DNA of 63,079 nt, counting the filler, from Octopus bimaculoides (taxonomy: Eukaryota), in the NCBI RefSeq assembly GCF_001194135.2. It is 8 parts of 7 records of this genome, joined end to end, with 100 filler letters (N's around TTAATTAATTAA, not from the genome) between each part and the next. Parts side by side here need not be neighbours in the genome. Positions count along the whole stretch, not along the records: positions 1 to 20,933 come from NC_068986.1; positions 21,034 to 23,537 come from NC_068993.1; positions 23,638 to 25,804 come from NW_026438505.1; positions 25,905 to 47,791 come from NC_068999.1; 4 more parts are not named here. The stretch is one strand, 5' to 3'. The translations under genes and the position numbers were made by a program. Positions 13,668 through 27,344 of the stretch are shown piece by piece. Each line of letters begins with the position of its first letter. Within the stretch, counting starts at the first letter, position 1. A model generated the notes under the pieces. That model worked only from the letters and a program-made list of their open reading frames with translations. It ran no database searches and was not told the origin of the DNA.

Positions 13668-14732
13668 TGATGATGATGATGATAATGATTTAGGTTCTTA
13701 AGTTTTAGAGATGGGGTTTTTAAATTCCATTGTCCAGTATTTCATTAGTACTTTATTTCACCGACCCCGAAATAGTAAAAGGCGAAGATGACGTCAGCAA
13801 GGTTTGAACTCAGTAATGTTCCTAATAATAATTTCTTACATAAGCATTAAATCCACAATTTGCTGCGTTTGGCCAATTAAAATCAACCACAGCACTCGAC
13901 ATTTATTTCATTTTAATGACATCTCAAGGATGAAAAGCAAAGTTGACCTCGGATATATTTGAACTCATAACTAAAGAGCGCCCGAACAAATTCTGTAAGA
14001 CATTAATATTAATTTATTGTTCCTATCTTTATCCGACCATTTTAAATCAATAAATATTCCAAGCTTCGACCTGAACGTATCTGAAACCTCACAGATCTAT
14101 CAAAATCCTACATTAGTTGTTAAGATGATAAATGGCTTCTGTTTTTCACTGTATGAGTTAATAGCAAGGAAACAAGGCTGGAGTTTTTACTCTTCATATC
14201 CTCTTTCGTATTGGTTGCCTTGACACCGAATCATAATATATTCTAACCAATAGTGTCAAAGTGTGACAACTCTGCCAAGCTGTGTTTAGTTTAATGGCGT
14301 GCTTTCTGCTCTTGTGGTTGTCTTTGGTTATGAAGATAAATACTAGAAAGATTCTTATGATTTTACGATGGCATTCCGTAGAGGTTTGTTGCATAATCGA
14401 CTGGCGTTTCTCCGTTATTCTGTCAGTTCTTGAGTCTTTTGTGTGTACGTGTATGGTTATTGCTGTTGTTTGCTTCTCTTTCTATACTGGCCTAGCAAAC
14501 CTTGTGATCAAATGGGATATTTGAGGGAGAGGTGGCAACTCTCTCCAGCAGGTCGAACGGTCATACGGATGTTCCGTGCGAGGTGGTGCTATGTATGTAC
14601 TGGTGTGATATTGTACGCGTGTTTGTGTGTATGTATGTGTGTGTATGTGTTGGTGTGACGCGTGTATGTGGAATGTAATGTGGCCTGTAGTGATATTATT
14701 GTATGTGTTGGTATTATGCGTGTGTGCGAGTG

Positions 14733-14775
<43 letters not shown>

Positions 14776-16251
14776 GTAGTGTGGTTTATGTTGTTATAGT
14801 TTTGCTATTGATGTAAGGTGTGTGTATGAAATATAGTAAGGTTCGTGGTGTTTGGTGTGTGTCTGTACGTGCGTGTTCATGCGTGCTGTATGATGACATG
14901 TGACGTGTGTATGATAACGTGGCATTGTGTGTGTAATGTGATACAACATTATATGTGTTGTGATACATTGTTGTATATGTATGTGTAAGAGTGTACGTGT
15001 GAGAGTGTGCGTGTGTCCGTGAGAATGTGTATGCATGATATGATTAATGTCTATTGTTTGCGAGTGATATGATGCAGGCAAACTTCCAACGGAAGTGGTT
15101 GCTGGTACGAACTTCACTACATTTGCATGACACAACAGTAATGAAACCACGTGTTATGGAATTTCGATTGGCTACAACCGAATTGTTAGTCGGTAAAATC
15201 CCGGTAGAGCAACGATCTAAGTTCTGGTGATATAGTTTTATTCGAAAATTCAGGAAATGTCTTTGTTATTATATTCTTGATGTAGATTAATTTGCCACTT
15301 ATCTATCGTTTTTTATTTACCGGTTTAGCAGTTGTCACTTATCAGCCTGTCATTTACGCCATTCGTATCCTGTTTTGTCAAGGTTGTCACTTAGTCTAAA
15401 TAGCAAACGATTTAAAAGTTTTGAAATTATTTGCTACTTCATCTCTGAAATCACGAAATATATTTCTGATAGACATGCGTAAAATGTTGCATTTTATAAC
15501 TGAGTCTATAATAGACATTCTTTTTCGTGGGTAACTCGTACGTTACCACGAGTTCTGTAAATTACAATGCTTTTGCTTCAATTAATTATGAAAATAATAA
15601 ATAAATTAGTCAAATAGTTCTGTCATTATTAAGAACCAAGTGTTCACCGCGTGAAATTTTGATGAAAACTGAATTTCGTTTTCTTTAAAGCAGGAAGCTT
15701 GTACCATTGACACAGTAGCGTTGTTAGGTGTGTGAGCATCAAACCAATTAATCTGTTGTTTATTTTATATTGTTGGTTCGATGATTTTCGGCAGCAGATT
15801 ATCTTCTCTGCTCTTTCTACCGATATTGCACCATTGTATCTTTATCTTGTGTGCTGTTTGGACCAGTTTTTTTTTAATGATTTTGTTCTGATGTCAGCAA
15901 TATAACATCACCTCATTTATTCTCTCTAAGCGTATTACACATACATGCACATATTCTGTAATACATACAGTTTGCAGTTGAGTTGAGTAATTATATATAT
16001 ATATATATATATATATNNNNNNNNNNNNNNNNNNNNNNNNNNNNNNNNNNNNNNNNNNNNNNNNNNNNNNNNNNNNNNNNNNNNNNNNNNNNNNNNNNNN
16101 NNNNNNNNNNNNNNNNNNNNNNNNNNNNNNNNNNNNNNNNNNNNNNNNNNNNNNNNNNNNNNNNNNNNNNNNNNNNNNNNNNNNNNNNNNNNNNNNNNNN
16201 NNNNNNNNNNNNNNNNNNNNNNNNNNNNNNNNNNNNNNNNNNNNNNNNNNN

Positions 16252-16288
<37 letters not shown>

Positions 16289-16419
16289 AAGGCTAGCTTT
16301 CAAAATGATAGGCATTGTATTTAAATTTTGACCAAACAGACAAACACTGAGAGGTAAATGTATTAACTGGGACATACAGCACAATGAATAATTTTTGATT
16401 GTTCACTGTATAAATGATC

Positions 16420-16990
16420 AGAGGGTATAGATGTTAACTGAATTGATCGAAGCAGGTTGTAAATGCTGACCAGAAAGGCAAGCAGTGTATAATTGTTCAG
16501 TGGATAGCTAGGCAGTGTCTGGAATTTACTTTGTAATGTAATTCTTCACTGTAGATGTTAGCCACAGATGTCTACAATCTGGTCAACATCTACACTGTGG
16601 GCTGGATTGACAGACAGTGTGTAGATGTTCGCTAGATTATGACAGTGTATAAATACTGGTACTGGCAGTATTGCAAAGTACTGTGGGTATATGTTGATTC
16701 TGTTATCAAACAGTGTATTGAAGTTGGCTGGATTGCCGAACAGGCTGTGTAGATGTTGAATGGATTGCAGAGTGTGCAGTTAGAGGCTAGAATGACAAAC
16801 ACAGTTTGTAGATGTTTAGATTGTCAAGCAACGTGTAGATATTGGCTGAACTGATAAACACTGTGTTCACTGGATGTATAGATGATGTATAGACAGTATA
16901 AAGATGCTGACTAAATAGACACAGTGCAAAGATTTTAATAAAATAGACCCAGTATGTAGACGTTGATTAATTGATAGTCATTGTGTGTAC
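16420..16990. repeat. Degenerate ~28-30-bp minisatellite
   Basis: Recurring gtgtagatgttg.ctggattgacagaca-like units, one of them inverted near 16580-16595. Confidence 0.7.
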
Positions 16991-17084
16991 AGTCCAAATA
17001 TTTCGGAAAAAATACGAAGAAAATAATGGAATAACAAACAATCTATCTATATATACTTCAACCGAGAAAATTTGGTTCGCCGTC

Positions 17085-17390
17085 GATTACGACGAGCAGT
17101 GTTCCAAATGATCCAATCAACGGAACACCCAGTCCGTGAAATTAACGTGAAAGTGACTCAGTAATCCACAGACATGCGTATCCTTAACGCAGTTCTCAGA
17201 AAGATACAACGTGACACTGAATGTGAGAAGGCTGGTCCATTGAATTAGAAGTACAACTAATTTTTGTTAGCTGTGTGCACTGGGGAAACGTGAAATAATA
17301 TGCCTCGCTCAAGGACACAACTCGCCACCGGGAATAGAAATCATGACGTTTCGACCATAAGCCAAACACCTTAACCACTAAGCCACGCGC
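17085..17390 (-). mobile_element. SINE family C
   Basis: Minus strand: gcgcgtggcttagtggttaagg...gtgtccttgagcgaggca...gtgtcacgttg...agaactgcgttaagg. Confidence 0.75.
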
Positions 17391-17634
17391 CTTTACTATA
17401 ACTCAGAACATATTGCAATGTAAACCGATGTAGGAGCCTTTATGCCACCATCCGGCCTGCTAGAGATAGCAGCAAAACAGCCTTCTAATCACACCATAGC
17501 ATACTGATAAACAAGAAACACCATATTAAACAGCGTAATCCTTAATATCTTTAAATAAACGGGATGGTCACGATTGGAATGACTTTGGCTATGATTTTAC
17601 TCGTTTATGGTATTCCTTCCTCGCTTGCGCCTAG

Positions 17635-17805
17635 CCGTCGTCGCTGCCGTGCGCCTACACGCTTTTGCTCACGCAGCCAGGACCGCGCGGCTTCGCCTTG
17701 CGCTTCCTGCATGACGACGACTACGACGTACTCTTCCTCGCCTCTCCCTCGCGACCGTCTCTCCGCACGCCACCTAGGGCTAAACAACAACAGCAACAAC
17801 AGTAA
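17635..17805 (+). other. GC/CpG-rich island, candidate exon
   Basis: Sharp compositional island after the acceptor-like tattccttcctcgcttgcgcctag. Phase-0 reading PSSLPCAYTLLLTQPGPRGFALRFLHDDDYDVLFLASPSRPSLRTPPRAKQQQQQQ*. No family recognised. Confidence 0.3.
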
Positions 17806-17908
17806 CAACATGATTCCGATATTCCAATATTTTCCGACATTAACTGATTGATAAGTCTCCTCACAAACCGACACTTAATTCATCCGAAAGTAAGCAACAT
17901 TGCCGGAT

Positions 17909-18456
<548 letters not shown>

Positions 18457-18969
18457 NNNNNNNNNNNNNNNNNNNNNNNNNNNNNNNNNNNNNNNNNNNN
18501 NNNNNNNNNNNNNNNNNNNNNNNNNNNNNNNNNNNNNNNNNNNNNNNNNNNNNNNNNNNNNNNNNNNNNNNNNNNNNNNNNNNNNNNNNNNNNNNNNNNN
18601 NNNNNNNNNNNNNNNNNNNNNNNNNNNNNNNNNNNNNNNNNNNNNNNNNNNNNNNNNNNNNNNNNNNNNNNNNNNNNNNNNNNNNNNNNNNNNNNNNNNN
18701 NNNNNNNNNNNNNNNNNNNNNNNNNNNNNNNNNNNNNNNNNNNNNNNNNNNNNNNNNNNNNNNNNNNNNNNNNNNNNNNNNNNNNNNNNNNNNNNNNNNN
18801 NNNNNNNNNNNNNNNNNNNNNNNNNNNNNNNNNNNNNNNNNNNNNNNNNNNNNNNNNNNNNNNNNNNNNNNNNNNNNNNNNNNNNNNNNNNNNNNNNNNN
18901 NNNNNNNNNNNNNNNNNNNNNNNNNNCATCAGCATCACAACCACAACCACCATTCTCCATCACCAACAT

Positions 18970-19031
<62 letters not shown>

Positions 19032-19487
19032 TTACTACTACTATACTTATTCACCGCGCGAAGTCTTGTGATTCTTGCGTTTGAGAACCAGCTTACAGTA
19101 ACCTCTATTTCGGTCCATTGAATGACCAGAAATAGCACCCAAGTCTTCATTGAAATCTGGTAAAAGTACGCGATCTTAAAAGAAGTGGTTGAACATTTTG
19201 AACAATGTCTCGTGCTGGACATACACAAAAAATACTCTATGGTCAAGGTTGGACAGGGCTGACTTTGGGCGAAACAACAACAACAACAACAGCAACAGCA
19301 ACAACGACAATAACAACATTGGCTGTTCATATTCTAGAATAATAACAGTAAAATAACATCAATAATTTGTGGGTTTTTTACTGTACGTGTTCCTCTGCGT
19401 ATGTAGTGGATAGAATTTCGCCAATGAAGGCAGTGTCATGATACACTCTCATACAAACACGATATTATTATAAAATGGATACGTCAA

Positions 19488-19549
<62 letters not shown>

Positions 19550-20933
19550 ACACACACGCACATATACATACACACACATTCCTCAAGTGCTCAGCTTGTT
19601 ACTTCCAGAAATGACTCTGACGAAACTAGCATTGATTTTCTGAGGTCGGTCAATTTACTTCAATTGATCAATAGACCAGTTGAATACACTTATCGATGAT
19701 GTACCTAGAATGACTACTGGAAACAGCTGTAAGCTAAATTTGCTCTAATAAAGGAGTTATATGTATAGACCAATATTTTAAACTTGTTTCTATACACACA
19801 CGCGCACACACACACACACACACACAGACACACACACACACACACACACACATTTTATGAGTAGTTTATTCGCAATTTACAACTTAAAGGTAGAAATATA
19901 AACGTCCCCAAAGTGATAAAGTGCACTAATGAGCGCCAGTATTGCTATGAATAATAGTCAAAACAACTCAATAGCCATAGAATGCACTGTCTTAATGATT
20001 GACAAGAAAGGCCAGCTCCCTATGGCAGCAGATATAGCCAGATCATTGGTGATTTCGCCTCACGCATCTTAATGTTCATCGGTGGCTCTCACCATGCCTT
20101 GAGTTAAACTCAGCTCACCTTGTAAGTTTATATGATTTCCATTGAATCATACGCTGATTTCATAACCAGTTAAAGTAAAAATTATAAATATGGGTGGCTT
20201 ATTCGCAATTTTACAACCTAAAGGCAGAGCTATAGACGTCCCTAAAGTGAACAAGGGAAACGATCAGCACCAGTATTGCGAGAAATAAGAATCATGACAG
20301 CTTAATAGCCAGAGCAAGCGCTAATTTTCACTAATATTTTTACCAGATGTCTTATCGATCTTGGATCCTTCAGAAAGCGTAGCATCCGATCTTCTCCAGA
20401 AAGAGGAGTCCGGACTTACTGCACAAACTTCAACTGAACTTCTCACTGGTTCCATGTCTGGGACATTATGCACCTATTCTTTGTGAATTATGTTTGCTTT
20501 CTTCTTCTTCTTCTTCTTCTTCTTCTTCTTCTTCTTCTTCTTCTTCTTCTTCTTCTTCTTCTTCTTCTTCTTCTTCTCCTTCTTCTTCTTCTTCTTCTTC
20601 TTCTTCTTCTTCTTCTCCGCCACCTCCTTCCTTACTTTACTACTACTGCTGCTTAGAATAACACCCACGCAAATATTAAAAAAACAATTCATTGAAAAGA
20701 GATATCTCAAGAATTCAATCACTACTACCATCCACAACAAGTCACTTTCAGGGCACTTAACATCCTAGTACTAACATCCATTAAACATCCATTAAACATC
20801 CATTAAACATCCATTTAACATCCTAATACTATCATACTACTCCCGCATTCTTCTTCTTCTTCTTCTTCTTCTTCTTCTTCTTCTTCTTCTTCTTCTTCTT
20901 CTTCTTCTTCTTCTTCTTCTTCTTCTTCTTCTT

Positions 20934-21033
20934 NNNNNNNNNNNNNNNNNNNNNNNNNNNNNNNNNNNNNNNNNNNNTTAATTAATTAANNNNNNNNNNN
21001 NNNNNNNNNNNNNNNNNNNNNNNNNNNNNNNNN
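20934..21033. other. Artificial 100-bp scaffold spacer 44N-TTAATTAATTAA-44N (7 copies)
   Basis: Identical geometry, with the 12-mer at 20978, 23582, 25849, 47836, 54123, 59898 and 61150. Confidence 0.95.
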
Positions 21034-21044
21034 TATATATATGC

Positions 21045-21075
<31 letters not shown>

Positions 21076-22702
21076 CATGCATATATACATACCTAAACGT
21101 ACATATACACATATCCATACACACATACAAACACAGACATATATATGACTACACGTATCTGAATCTGTGTCTTTCTCTCTCTCTCTATATATATATACAT
21201 ATATACGTGTGTGTTTGAGTGTGTGTGTGTGTGTATCTGTGTGTGCTTGTGCATGTATGTGTATTTGTGCGTATATATATTTGTAAATATACTACGAAGC
21301 CTATATATATATATATATATATACAAATATCTACAATGCATATTCATATGTTTTTTCTGCATTTACTTAAGATTGACAAAATATTCACGATGTTTTGGCT
21401 GCGTCATCTTTATACAGAAGATTGTCGAAGTATGTCTCAATCTTATATTTTCTTTAAGACTTCTTTTTTTAAGAAACGCAACGATTCTTGTAAAAGTCCC
21501 AAAACTTTCTATCTTCCTGCGACATGCTTAACACACCAATATATATACATATATATATACAATATAGACTTCCTCATAACGTCTATAAGTTCTGAAAATG
21601 TAACTTTCGCAAACAAAGTCAAAGCTCTGATGAAGCTATAGAATGTTACCCTGGTACTCAACTAAGAGTCCACCACACCTAATAGCAGAAACAGTCGTAA
21701 GCTAATGCAGTTCATTATATAACATTTATTTTTTTCCGGTGTCATTTCTTCGCTTTCTATTACCACTCTATACTCATATAACATTGGGTTCTGGACCATT
21801 CGTATATTGAGTTCTACATCAGGGTTATTATTTTCGCGGAGTAGATAGACAGGGACAACTGACGAAGGGATATACTCTTTATGTTGCATGTCTCGTTTCT
21901 CTGGGTTTTTTTCGTTGTTGGAAAGAAGTTCGTTTTTTGTTTTCGTTTTTATGCTTTCGTTTTTCGTTTCTCATTGTGTTTAACGTTTTGTTGATGTCCT
22001 GTACCCATATATGCATGTATGTATACATACAGATGTAGGTATGTACATATATATATATGGATATATGCATATATTATCTATATATTCATATTATCATATA
22101 TATATGTGAGCACATACACATGATTACCACTATATATANNNNNNNNNNNNNNNNNNNNNNNNNNNNNNNNNNNNNNNNNNNNNNNNNNNNNNNNNNNNNN
22201 NNNNNNNNNNNNNNNNNNNNNNNNNNNNNNNNNNNNNNNNNNNNNNNNNNNNNATATATATATATATATATATATATACAGACCTACGTACTTACATGCG
22301 TACATATGTATCTATGCACACGAATAAATACATACATACACACACTCACACACACACAAACACACGCACACAGATATGATGATGGTAGTGTGTTTTGTAG
22401 TCCGAGAAAGCCAGCACTGCTATTTGTTGCTGAACAACCTGTATAAATGATTCGTTTATGGTGATCAAATATATGTGTTGTACATTGTCTCACTGCCTCC
22501 ACCAAACCGATGTTCCCTGATCACGGTGTACTGCATATGAGGTGTCGAAGTGAGAGCAGAGCCACGTGAGATGAACGCGAAGCACTACCACATCTAGGAA
22601 CCGAAACAACGATCAAACGATCGTGAGTACAAGGCCTTAACCACTACGAAATACGCCCTCACATTCATATAAATACGTATATACAGACATATACATACAT
22701 CT

Positions 22703-22815
22703 CTCCGAAACTCAAGGAGAAATTATATATCTATGAACAGCTGCTAAGAAGTCATCAGCTTCTGTGCGAAGACTACGAATTCATATTTAATGCCAATAAT
22801 ATTAGCTGCGCTTTA
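22703..22815 (+). mobile_element. RLE LINE fragment (CATA family)
   Basis: KLKEKLYIYEQLLRSHQLLCEDYEFIF, homologous to the 23.9 and 24.4 kb copies. Preceded by catacatac. Confidence 0.6.
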
Positions 22816-23253
22816 TTTTGGTAGTATATGTTTGAATGACAATCTGAAAAATAAATCAACCAGCTCATACACACATCGTATTACAAATACAGTCTGTAAG
22901 GGTTAGTAGTAAAAATATGCAAGATGTTTATCAAGTTCGAAATTTGACATTAGTTTTCACTATCTACATTCAAACGAATACCACATTTACGAATACTGAC
23001 TGGGTGACTTTGGCAAAAAATACCTCGCTAAGACTAATTCAGACGTACTGCTTCAAACACATAATTGGCTCGTTATCGTGATTGTATATATATATATATA
23101 TATATAACGTTTATCAATTTGTGTTGCAAAATTCCTGATTTGAAATCGTGTGTTGAAACAGATAGTATTTCGGGATGGTCATTTTTTTCTTTTTTTCTTT
23201 ACCAAATAAACACACCGACTATATATTATTTCTTAACTCATTTATTACTTAAT

Positions 23254-23500
23254 TCTATCGGTTTCTTTTGCCGAACTGCTAAGTTACGGGGTCGTAAACA
23301 CACGAGCATCGGTTGTCAAGCGACGGTGGGGGACAAACACACGCACACATACACACACACACACACGCATATATATGACGGGTTTCTTTCAGTTTCCGTC
23401 AACCGAACCCACTCACAAGGCTTAGGGCGGCCCGAGGCTACAGTAGAAGACACTCGCCCAAGTTGCCACGCAGTGGGACTGAACCCGGAAACATGTGGTT
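23254..23500 (-). mobile_element. SINE family B with internal microsatellite
   Basis: Near-continuous reverse-complement match to 56026-56405 and 57490-57810. Confidence 0.85.
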
Positions 23501-23637
23501 GTTTCGCATTTATGTGCTTACTCTGGTGTATATATATNNNNNNNNNNNNNNNNNNNNNNNNNNNNNNNNNNNNNNNNNNNNTTAATTAATTAANNNNNNN
23601 NNNNNNNNNNNNNNNNNNNNNNNNNNNNNNNNNNNNN

Positions 23638-23857
23638 ACACATACATACATACATACATACATGCACATACATACATACATACACACATGCATACATACA
23701 TACACACACATACGTATATACATACATACATACACACATACATACATACACACATACATACACACACATACATACATACATACATACATACACACATACA
23801 CGCACATACATACACATACATACATACATACATACATACATACATACATACATACAT
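23638..23857. repeat. (TACA)n/(CA)n compound microsatellite
   Basis: Direct reading; immediately 5' of a LINE fragment. Confidence 0.97.
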
Positions 23858-24366
23858 TGTGACAACCGATGCAGACTTTGTGGAGATAACACCGAAGCTA
23901 AAGATCAGTCAAAAAGAGAACACCTACGCTGGACTATTGAGAAATCTGCAGTTACTCCATCCAGATTACAAGTTCAGGTTTATAGCTGTAATTATTGGGG
24001 CCCTGGGATATGTAACACACTGCCTAAATAACAATCTTGAGAAAGTTGGCTTCTCAAAACCAGAAAAGAGAAAGCTGATTCGAAGACTACATATTCAGTC
24101 CATCATTGGAACTGTAAAAATCTGTAAAGCTTCCTGTAAAGTTTATCATTTAGATATATATGAGCACGTCTAGATATGTAACTATATGCATGAGAATACA
24201 TCATACATAAAACAAAACGTACAAATCTACACGTATATATACATACAAAAATGCCTTATTGTTGATGCTGAAATTCCAATGAAGGAGCATTGGATCTAGG
24301 TTAGAAACCGGCTCTTTCTCTATTGACAAGAAATCTTGAAATAAAGCTAAATAATGACATACACAC
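23858..24366 (+). mobile_element. RLE LINE 3' end (CATA family)
   Basis: KISQKENTYAGLLRNLQLLHPDYKFRFIAVIIGALGYVTHCLNNNLEKVGFSKPEKRKLIRRLHIQSIIGTVKICK matches the K..KY..L...PIIIGALG motif of the RLE domain. 3'UTR present. Confidence 0.88.
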
Positions 24367-24740
24367 ATGTTGAAAATTAAAGAAAAAGAGGATGACTATG
24401 GACAACTGCTTCGAAACCCCCAGCTTCTATATTCAGACTATGAATTCATGTTCATACCAATAATAATTGGAGCACAAGGTTTTGTTAGTAAATGCTTAAA
24501 GGAGAATCTGGATAAACTGGGATTTTCAGAAAGAGAAATTGACCGACTAAATTGTACATTACAAGTCCAATCTGTGAGTGGAACAATAAAAATATGCAAG
24601 TCTTTTCTCAAGTTCCAAATGTGAATTTGTCTGTGTTTACTACATCCCAAAGATGGAGCCTTGTATCTTTGTTGGAAACTGGTTCCATCCTCAGTGGAAG
24701 ATTTATAATAATTAATAAATAGAAGAGACATACTCACATA
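24367..24740 (+). mobile_element. Second, diverged RLE LINE 3' end in direct tandem
   Basis: KIKEKEDDYGQLLRNPQLLYSDYEFMFIPIIIGAQGFVSKCLKENLDKLGF...KSFLKFQM*. Different 3'UTR, ending in (CATA)n. Confidence 0.85.
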
Positions 24741-24864
24741 CATACATACATACATACATACATACATACGTACGTACGTAGACGGATAGATGGATGCGTA
24801 GATATTCATACAGATCAATAGATCGATTGATAGATAGTGATCGAATGATACAGGCAGACCGACC

Positions 24865-24902
<38 letters not shown>

Positions 24903-24926
24903 TAGATAGATAGATAGAGAGAGAGA

Positions 24927-24978
<52 letters not shown>

Positions 24979-25445
24979 CAGTAACTGACAGAAATAGAAT
25001 GTTCAGAAGATTAAGAGAAAACTCGTAACACTGGAAGACAAGGCAGGCATCTAAAGGGAGAAAGAGTTAGAGCAACGTATACGAATGGAGAGAATGAACG
25101 AATGAGCGAATTAGCGTTCGATAAATCAGCCTCCAGAACTACCGAAGACGTTAAACTCCGTAATTAAGATGGCCACATGAAGTGAACACCATTTTAATGT
25201 CTAATGTAATTAATAAACAATTAAACAATATCTATAATCACTTTGGTTCATCACTAATTATCTTTATACTCGTTTAACAACCTCTGTGAGTTTTTACACC
25301 ATTTTTTTTTCTAATTTTTTCATTGGTGTTGTCCTTTTGCGGTTATGGTGGGGGGGGGGTGATTCTTGTTGTTTCTGCATTTTTTTAAATTTTGTTTTTT
25401 TCACACGTTTTGAGAGATTTGATTAATTAGCAACTGTCACAACAT

Positions 25446-25494
<49 letters not shown>

Positions 25495-26106
25495 GTTGCT
25501 GCTGCTGATGCTGTTACCACTACTACTACTACTAATACTACTACTACTGTACTGCTGCTGCTGCTGTTGCTGCTGTTATTTCAAAAGAATAACAGCAACC
25601 ACTACTAAGGCTGATGGTGTTTCTGTTGTTACTCTTGATGTTGTTGTTGTTGTGTCATCTAATCCCAAGAACAAGTACAAAACGAGAAACAACAGCAGCG
25701 AAAAGAACAACAGTCATTGCTTGAGAAACAGAATATATGCCACAGCCGCGGCATTGTAACCTCGTGGGACAAATGAGGTGTTGATGATGACGATGATGAT
25801 GATGNNNNNNNNNNNNNNNNNNNNNNNNNNNNNNNNNNNNNNNNNNNNTTAATTAATTAANNNNNNNNNNNNNNNNNNNNNNNNNNNNNNNNNNNNNNNN
25901 NNNNGGGGGGGATGCTGAAGTTATAATATAAAAACCAAAACAACAATTTCAGTTTTTTTTAAAGAGAGTGGCATGGAGAGATGGAAACGAAATTTGCAGT
26001 GAATAATAGATTGGTTGTGATTGGCTGGCAGTTGTTTCCGAAGACTTTGGGACAAGCATAAAGCAATATATATATTGTGTTTTAGTATATATTTGCATGT
26101 GCTGTA

Positions 26107-26187
26107 GGGGAGAGCCGACAAAATCGTTGGTGCGGCGAGCAAATTGCTTAACGGCATTTCATCAGTCTTTACGTTCTAAGTTCAAAC
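26107..26187 (+). mobile_element. SINE family A head fragment
   Basis: aaaatcgttgg...tgcttaacggcatttc...ctttacgttctaagttcaaa. Confidence 0.65.
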
Positions 26188-27344
26188 GCTGTGCGTGCCT
26201 GCTTCCCCTCCCTCAGCATATATATGCTTAGAGTTTTGATACTGACCCCTTACGTATGTTTCTACGCACCCGAAATAAATACAAACTTCATTTTAATGGC
26301 TCCGACGAAGCTATAATGTGCTGCACAAGCACTCAGCTCTCAGGGCACTGATTCTGATAGCAGAAGCAGCTGTAAACCAACGCAGTTTATCACATACTTC
26401 CTGTTCCTTGATATTCCATCAATTTCACACCGACCTTCCCCCCCCCCCCAGATTCGTACACAAATATTTACTAACACAAATGCATGCAAATAAATCTAGG
26501 TTATACGTGTATGAATTCGTGGAGAAAGTGATAGGTTATGAGATAATAAGATGCAATTAAAGACAGAGAAAAATACGTATGGATATTGACTAGAGAGGAG
26601 AGACAGAAATGGTAAGTAGAACAACTAGAAGCAACGCTAATCAGTGTGTGTGTGTCTATGTGGACTTGTATGTGTGCGACATGTGTAATCTATATCTGCG
26701 CATACGTATGAGGTGGCGAACACAAATTGTCAGAGGTAATTTCAATGCTTTGCTATTGTATATTGCAAGTGTATAAATAAAGTAGATCCCAGCTGAGGAT
26801 TCGGATAAATTATACATAGGATGAATTATCGAGATAAATCACAATAAAATCACCAAGGAAATTTTACAGCTTAAAATTCTACTGATATTGGTCTTCGGCA
26901 AGCTCCGAACATAATTGTATTATCCCTAACAAGCCGTGTAAATAACCTTCTTAGAACAGAATTAGCACCAACCAAACATCGCTTTAACAGCTTACACGTT
27001 ATATGGTCGTAATGTACTGAACACATGACGACCTCACTGAAATTCTACGTAATTCGTCTAATGGCTATTGTGCATTGTAGTTCGTTGTTCGCCGTTCCGG
27101 TTTCAAATCCTTGCGATGTTTTGTTTATATTTTATAAAACTAAATAAAACCCAGATGCGCAAAAAGAATTAAAAGAGCGAGAATGATTACAATAATAATA
27201 ATAATAATGATTATAATAATAATGATAATGATGATGATAATCTTTTCTACTATAGGCACAAATCCTGGTCTCCACACGGTGTAAAATTAACGTCAGAACT
27301 CGAACCAATCCGGCGACGCTACACAAAGAAGATCGTCTCAATGC

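Noticed and set aside
15078-15141. C-type-lectin-like end SGCWYELHYIC
   Set aside because: Too short, poor pyrimidine tract and no other lectin exons.
17564-17851. ORF with signal-peptide-like start MVTIGMTLAMILLVYG
   Set aside because: The ATG and first codons lie in a family D interspersed repeat. The GC island is reported separately.
20773-20823. 11-bp tandem repeat (also a 17-bp doublet at 11702-11735) as a CRISPR-like array
   Set aside because: No unique spacers and a eukaryotic context; ordinary slippage duplications.
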